Of a stretch of DNA of 64,000 nucleotides, positions 60,033-64,000 are shown piece by piece. The number at the start of each line of letters is the position of its first letter. Position 1 is the first letter of the stretch. Both the position numbers and the translations under genes were made by a program. The stretch is from assembly GCA_963836235.1 (NCBI GenBank), contig CAWIIP010000004.1, forward strand, positions 256,001 to 320,000. The letters run 5' to 3'. The notes below the pieces were generated by a model. That model searched no databases, was not told the origin of the DNA, and was given only the letters and a program-made list of their open reading frames with translations. Origin of the DNA: an uncultured Pseudomonadota bacterium. Lineage in GTDB: Bacteria; Oederibacteriota; Muellerivitia; Muellerivitales; Muellerivitaceae.

Positions 60033-60695
60033 ATGAATGCGAAAAGCTTTCTTTCAACCATGGAAGTACTAAAGAATCTGCCGGCGGATCGGTTGGCCGA
60101 ATTCGAGAAAAAGATGATCGAAAAAAAGTACCCCAAAGGGGCTCCGATATTTCTGGAAGGTGACCCGGCGGAATATGTTTGGTTTGTGAAGGAAGGGCAT
60201 GTGAAGGCGGTCATCCATTCCGCGGGGGGCAAGGACATGACCCTCTGCATGGTGGGTGCCAACAGTATGTTCGGGACGTGCTGCTGTTTCGGGGGTGGTC
60301 AATATCCCTGTAATAGCATGGCCGAAACTGACACCACGGTGGTGGCTTATCCCATGAGAGATTTCTTGGATCTGCTGGAAAAATACCCAGGGATGGCTAA
60401 GGCGGTTGTTCGGGCGCTTTCGGAGAGGTTGCGTCAATCCAAAGATATGCAGGTTTTTGATCAAGAAAGCGTGGAAAAGCGGATACTTCATGTTTTGGTC
60501 GGCCTCGTGTCAGAATTCGGAAACACGATCCCTTTGACCCGCCGGGAGATTGCGGAGATGTGCGGCACGACGGTGGAGACCTGTATTCGGACCTTTTCCC
60601 ATTTGGAAAAAGAAGGACTGGTTTCGAGTACCCGCGGAAAAATTACGGTGCGTAATGTTCGGGATCTCATGGACCGGCAAGGGACAATTCAATAA
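60033..60695 (+). CDS. Crp/Fnr-family regulator with Cys-rich effector domain (paralogue 2)
   Basis: Highly similar to 791-1489; HTH GTTVETCIRTFS. Confidence 0.92.
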   Translation: MNAKSFLSTMEVLKNLPADRLAEFEKKMIEKKYPKGAPIFLEGDPAEYVWFVKEGHVKAVIHSAGGKDMTLCMVGANSMFGTCCCFGGGQYPCNSMAETDTTVVAYPMRDFLDLLEKYPGMAKAVVRALSERLRQSKDMQVFDQESVEKRILHVLVGLVSEFGNTIPLTRREIAEMCGTTVETCIRTFSHLEKEGLVSSTRGKITVRNVRDLMDRQGTIQ

Positions 60696-60725
60696 ACCAG
60701 ACCGATTGGTTCATTTCACCTTTGG

Positions 60726-63464
60726 TTATTTCAGATCAAGGTAGGCTGTTACGTAGTCATCGTCTGGTTTTTGCGTTTCCTTGAAGTTGAATTTCCGACA
60801 GACGGCGCGCATGGCCTGGTTTTCCGGAAGAATATAGGCGAAAACCCCCTCGATTTTCTCGGCACGGCCCGCCTTCAACAGCGACCCCAGGATCTCCGTT
60901 CCCAGCCCTATCTTGTGCCAGCGGTCCTCCACCAGGGTGGCAAACTCGGCGTCGGGGCCGAACTTGGAACGGCTCAAGCGGCCGATGGCGGCGATTTCCT
61001 TAGCGCCTTGCGGATTTTCCCATTCGGCCACCAGCACGATCTCCCGGTCGTAATCGACGTAACAGGTCCGGGTCAGCCTTTCATGAGTGGTGCGGGTGCT
61101 TAACTTGATGTCCTGAAAATACCTCATATAAACACTTTGGGCAGAGAGGGTCTCGTGGAATTTCACCAGCATGGGTTCATCCTCGGGGCGGATGGGGCGC
61201 AAGGTAAAAGACTTTCCGTCCTTCGATTTCCAGGGGGCGACATATTGGCTGGGATAGGGGCGGATCGCGAGACGGGGAAGTTTTTCAATCGGTGTAGCCG
61301 GGTCGTGTAGAACCACCCGGGCGTCCAGGGCGACCAGTGCTTGGGGGGAGGCCAGGAGGGGGTTAATGTCCAATTCCTTTATCAGCGGCTGTTCGGCGAT
61401 CAGGCGGCTGAAGCGAACCAGCAGTTGTTCTAGGGCCGCCAGATCAACGGGTTCCCGGCCCCGAACGCCTTGTAGTGCCCCATAAATTTTCGTGCGTTCC
61501 ATGAGCCGGCGGGCCAGAGTTGTGTTCAAGGGAGGAAGCGCCAAGGCCCGATCCTTATAAACCTCAACCAGCTGTCCGCCGGAACCGAAGAGCAAAACCG
61601 GACCCACCTGCGGGTCCAGGCTGCTGCCAAGGATAATTTCATACCCTTCCAGCGAAACCATGGGCTGGACCGTCACGCCTTGGAAATGCTCACTCCCCTT
61701 CAGGCTTGTTACCGAATTCTTGATACCGTCGAAGGCTTGTCTGACCTCGGTTTCGCTTTTCAAGTTCAGCTTCACGCCGCCCACATCGGTTTTGTGGGTC
61801 AGGGTGAGGGAATGCAACTTCAACACCACGGGATATCCCAATTCGGAAGCGGTTTTGGCCGCTTCTTCCGCGCTTTGGGCCAAAAGAGTCTTTGTGGTCG
61901 GGATTCCATAAGCCGCCAAAAGCAATTTGGATTCCAATTCGGTCAAGAGGGTACGGCCTTCCTGTCGGGCCTTCGTCAAAAGAGCGTGGGCCCCTTCGGG
62001 GTCGGGGGAAGGACCGCCTTCCAAAAGGCCGGGGGTTTCGTAGAGCGCCTTCAAGTTGTAACTGTACTGCCACATGTAATTGAACATCCGGCAGGCGGTA
62101 TCCGGAAAAGGGAAACAGGGCAGATTGGCCTGGCTAAGGATCGTTCGCCCCGCTTCCACGTCCGCACCTCCCATCCAACTGGCGAAAATGGGCCGGTCGC
62201 CCAACTTCGCATAGGCCGCCACCTGTTTGGCGGTTTCAGTGGGGTCGGTCATGGCCTGGGGGGTCAGAATGACCAAAAGCCCGTCGTTGCCCGAATCTTT
62301 GGACAGGATTTGAACCGATTTGGCGAAGCGCCCTGGGTCTGCATCACCCAACACGTCCACCGGATTGCCATGGCTCCAAGCGGAAGGCAGGAAGGAGGAT
62401 AAGGTTTCCTTTGTTTCTAGAGAAAGTTCCGCCAATTGGCCCCGGCCTTCAATGAGGGCATCGGTGGCCAGGACTCCCGGCCCGCCTGCGTTGGTGACCA
62501 GGCAAAGGCGTCGGCCTTTGGGGTGGGGCTGTTTGGAAAGGATGTCCGCCATGTAGAAAAGGTGGGAGATGTGATCCACACTCAAGACCCCGCAGCGGCG
62601 GAAGGCAGCCTCCAAAACCTCGTCGCTTCCGGCCAGCGACCCAGTGTGGGAAGCGGCGGCTTTGGCGGCGGCCTCCGTACGGCCCGCTTTAATAACAATA
62701 ATGGGCTTAGTGAGGGCTACTTCCCTTGCCGCAGAGAGGAAAGCCCTGGCATCGCCAATTGTTTCCATATATAGGACGATACTCTGGGTTTTGGGGTCAT
62801 TTCCCAAGTAGTCAATCATGTCCCCCCAGCCCACGTCCAGCATGGAGCCTAGAGAAACAATGGAGCTAAAACCTACGTTCTCCTGGAAACTCCAGTCCAA
62901 TACGGCGGTTAAGAGCGCGCCGCTTTGGCTCACAAAGGCCACGTTTCCAGGCCGTGCTATGGTATTGGCGAAGGTGGCGTTCAATCCCGAAAGGGGATTC
63001 ATAATCCCCAGGCAGTTGGGGCCAATGATGCGCATTCTGGCGGGTTTGGCTTTTGCGAGCACTTGTTGTTCCAATTCGGCACCCGAGGGGCCTACTTCCT
63101 TGAAGCCGGCTGAGATGATAATGGCGGCCTTCACCCCCACTTCCACGCACTGGGTAACTAAGTCAGGAACAGTGGGCGCCGGCGTCATGATGACTGCCAG
63201 GTCGATTGGATCGTGTAAATCAGAAATTCGGGGAACAGCTTTGACTCCTAGGACGCTGGGGTGGTTTGGATTGATGGGAAACACAGCTCCACCAAAAGGT
63301 GTCTTTAGCAGGTTAGAAAGAAGGGTTCGGCCAACGGTCCCGGGTTTTTCGGTGGCCCCGATGACGGCCACGTTCTTTGGGCGGAAAAAAGCCTCCAGGG
63401 GATTGGGCTGGGTACGCAAAAAGTCATGGGAACGGTCGGCGAGGGGTTTGGAGTCCATATTCAT
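60726..63464 (-). CDS. Acetate-CoA ligase (ADP-forming)-like / GNAT acetyltransferase fusion (Pat family)
   Basis: [33 protein letters not shown]-terminal GNAT (IRPEDEP...). Confidence 0.92.
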   Translation of the reverse strand: MNMDSKPLADRSHDFLRTQPNPLEAFFRPKNVAVIGATEKPGTVGRTLLSNLLKTPFGGAVFPINPNHPSVLGVKAVPRISDLHDPIDLAVIMTPAPTVPDLVTQCVEVGVKAAIIISAGFKEVGPSGAELEQQVLAKAKPARMRIIGPNCLGIMNPLSGLNATFANTIARPGNVAFVSQSGALLTAVLDWSFQENVGFSSIVSLGSMLDVGWGDMIDYLGNDPKTQSIVLYMETIGDARAFLSAAREVALTKPIIVIKAGRTEAAAKAAASHTGSLAGSDEVLEAAFRRCGVLSVDHISHLFYMADILSKQPHPKGRRLCLVTNAGGPGVLATDALIEGRGQLAELSLETKETLSSFLPSAWSHGNPVDVLGDADPGRFAKSVQILSKDSGNDGLLVILTPQAMTDPTETAKQVAAYAKLGDRPIFASWMGGADVEAGRTILSQANLPCFPFPDTACRMFNYMWQYSYNLKALYETPGLLEGGPSPDPEGAHALLTKARQEGRTLLTELESKLLLAAYGIPTTKTLLAQSAEEAAKTASELGYPVVLKLHSLTLTHKTDVGGVKLNLKSETEVRQAFDGIKNSVTSLKGSEHFQGVTVQPMVSLEGYEIILGSSLDPQVGPVLLFGSGGQLVEVYKDRALALPPLNTTLARRLMERTKIYGALQGVRGREPVDLAALEQLLVRFSRLIAEQPLIKELDINPLLASPQALVALDARVVLHDPATPIEKLPRLAIRPYPSQYVAPWKSKDGKSFTLRPIRPEDEPMLVKFHETLSAQSVYMRYFQDIKLSTRTTHERLTRTCYVDYDREIVLVAEWENPQGAKEIAAIGRLSRSKFGPDAEFATLVEDRWHKIGLGTEILGSLLKAGRAEKIEGVFAYILPENQAMRAVCRKFNFKETQKPDDDYVTAYLDLK

Positions 63465-63839
63465 GGCAACATCCTAAGGGGCTCTTATTCGAAAAGAAAG
63501 CATAGGATCGTTGGCGTTCGATAAAACACAGGTCGATATCGAACCCTAAGACCCATTTTGTCATTGGGAGATGTCTTCAAGTGAGCCGGGGTGGACCGCC
63601 ATATAGACTTGGAAAAGTGGAAAGTTTGATTGACACGCATATGACACTCGTGGAAAATCAATCTCCCTTTGGAGAAAGCAAGTATGTAAAGCCCTTTCGT
63701 CGAAAGGGTTTTATTAATATCCGCCTTGAAGTTCGAAAAGGTAAGTATCTTGCTGGTGGGTGATGGGTAGCTTGTTCGATTCCAGCTATCTGGCCCATTT
63801 TTTTGGGGGGAAAAGACTCGGCTTTTCGTGAGGGTTAGT

Positions 63840-63927
63840 GGACAGGTGCCCGAGGGGTCAATGGGAGCAGACTGTAAATCTGCCGGCCGTCCGGCCTACG
63901 CAGGTTCGAATCCTGCCCTGTCCACCA
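63840..63927 (+). tRNA. tRNA-Tyr(GTA)
   Basis: GGACAGG/CCTGTCC acceptor stem, anticodon loop CTGTAAA, long variable arm, GGTTCGAATCC, encoded CCA. Confidence 0.97.
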
Positions 63928-64000
63928 TATTTTTTGGCCAAAGGGAAACGGATAGTCCGATTCTCTTGCGGTTTTATGCACCAACTGGGAGCATCTTTAC

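Noticed and set aside
63840-63927. tRNA-Tyr as the island attachment site
   Set aside because: The island lies 5' of the tRNA, and I saw no duplicated tRNA 3' end or integrase in the window.

Overview
A 64-kb, largely co-regulated redox/low-oxygen island from a diderm bacterium (sigma54 promoters, outer-membrane barrels), ending at a tRNA-Tyr. Its core is a candidate electron-transfer system: two Cyc2-type cytochrome-porin fusions, a type-1 copper protein, two CuA-domain proteins, a NapH/NosH-like polyferredoxin, duplicated monoheme cytochromes c, a Rieske plus cytochrome b-diheme c complex, and a probably H+-type N-ATPase. No terminal-oxidase catalytic subunit is in the window. Two regulatory layers can be read directly from the DNA. 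(i) About 19 ATGA-N6-TCAT palindromes occur, and 14 have a NANNNT -10 hexamer starting 29.5 bp from the box centre (class II geometry); two Crp/Fnr paralogues with an unusual C-x10-CC-x8-C motif are the candidate readers. (ii) Four sigma54 promoters each have a TATGGC-N6-GCCATA enhancer at an identical 61-bp offset, and the window starts in the HTH of a sigma54 activator. Also present: an IS30 inserted in codon 5 of the first gene of the copper/Cyc2 operon, a ~400-nt candidate structured ncRNA, a His-less pseudo-histidine kinase, a Ric lacking its CC motif, an accessory patch (about 21-27 kb) with TA modules flanked by duplicated gene ends, and several homopolymer frameshifts that are probably sequencing errors. 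All functional calls come from motif recognition by eye, not database searches.
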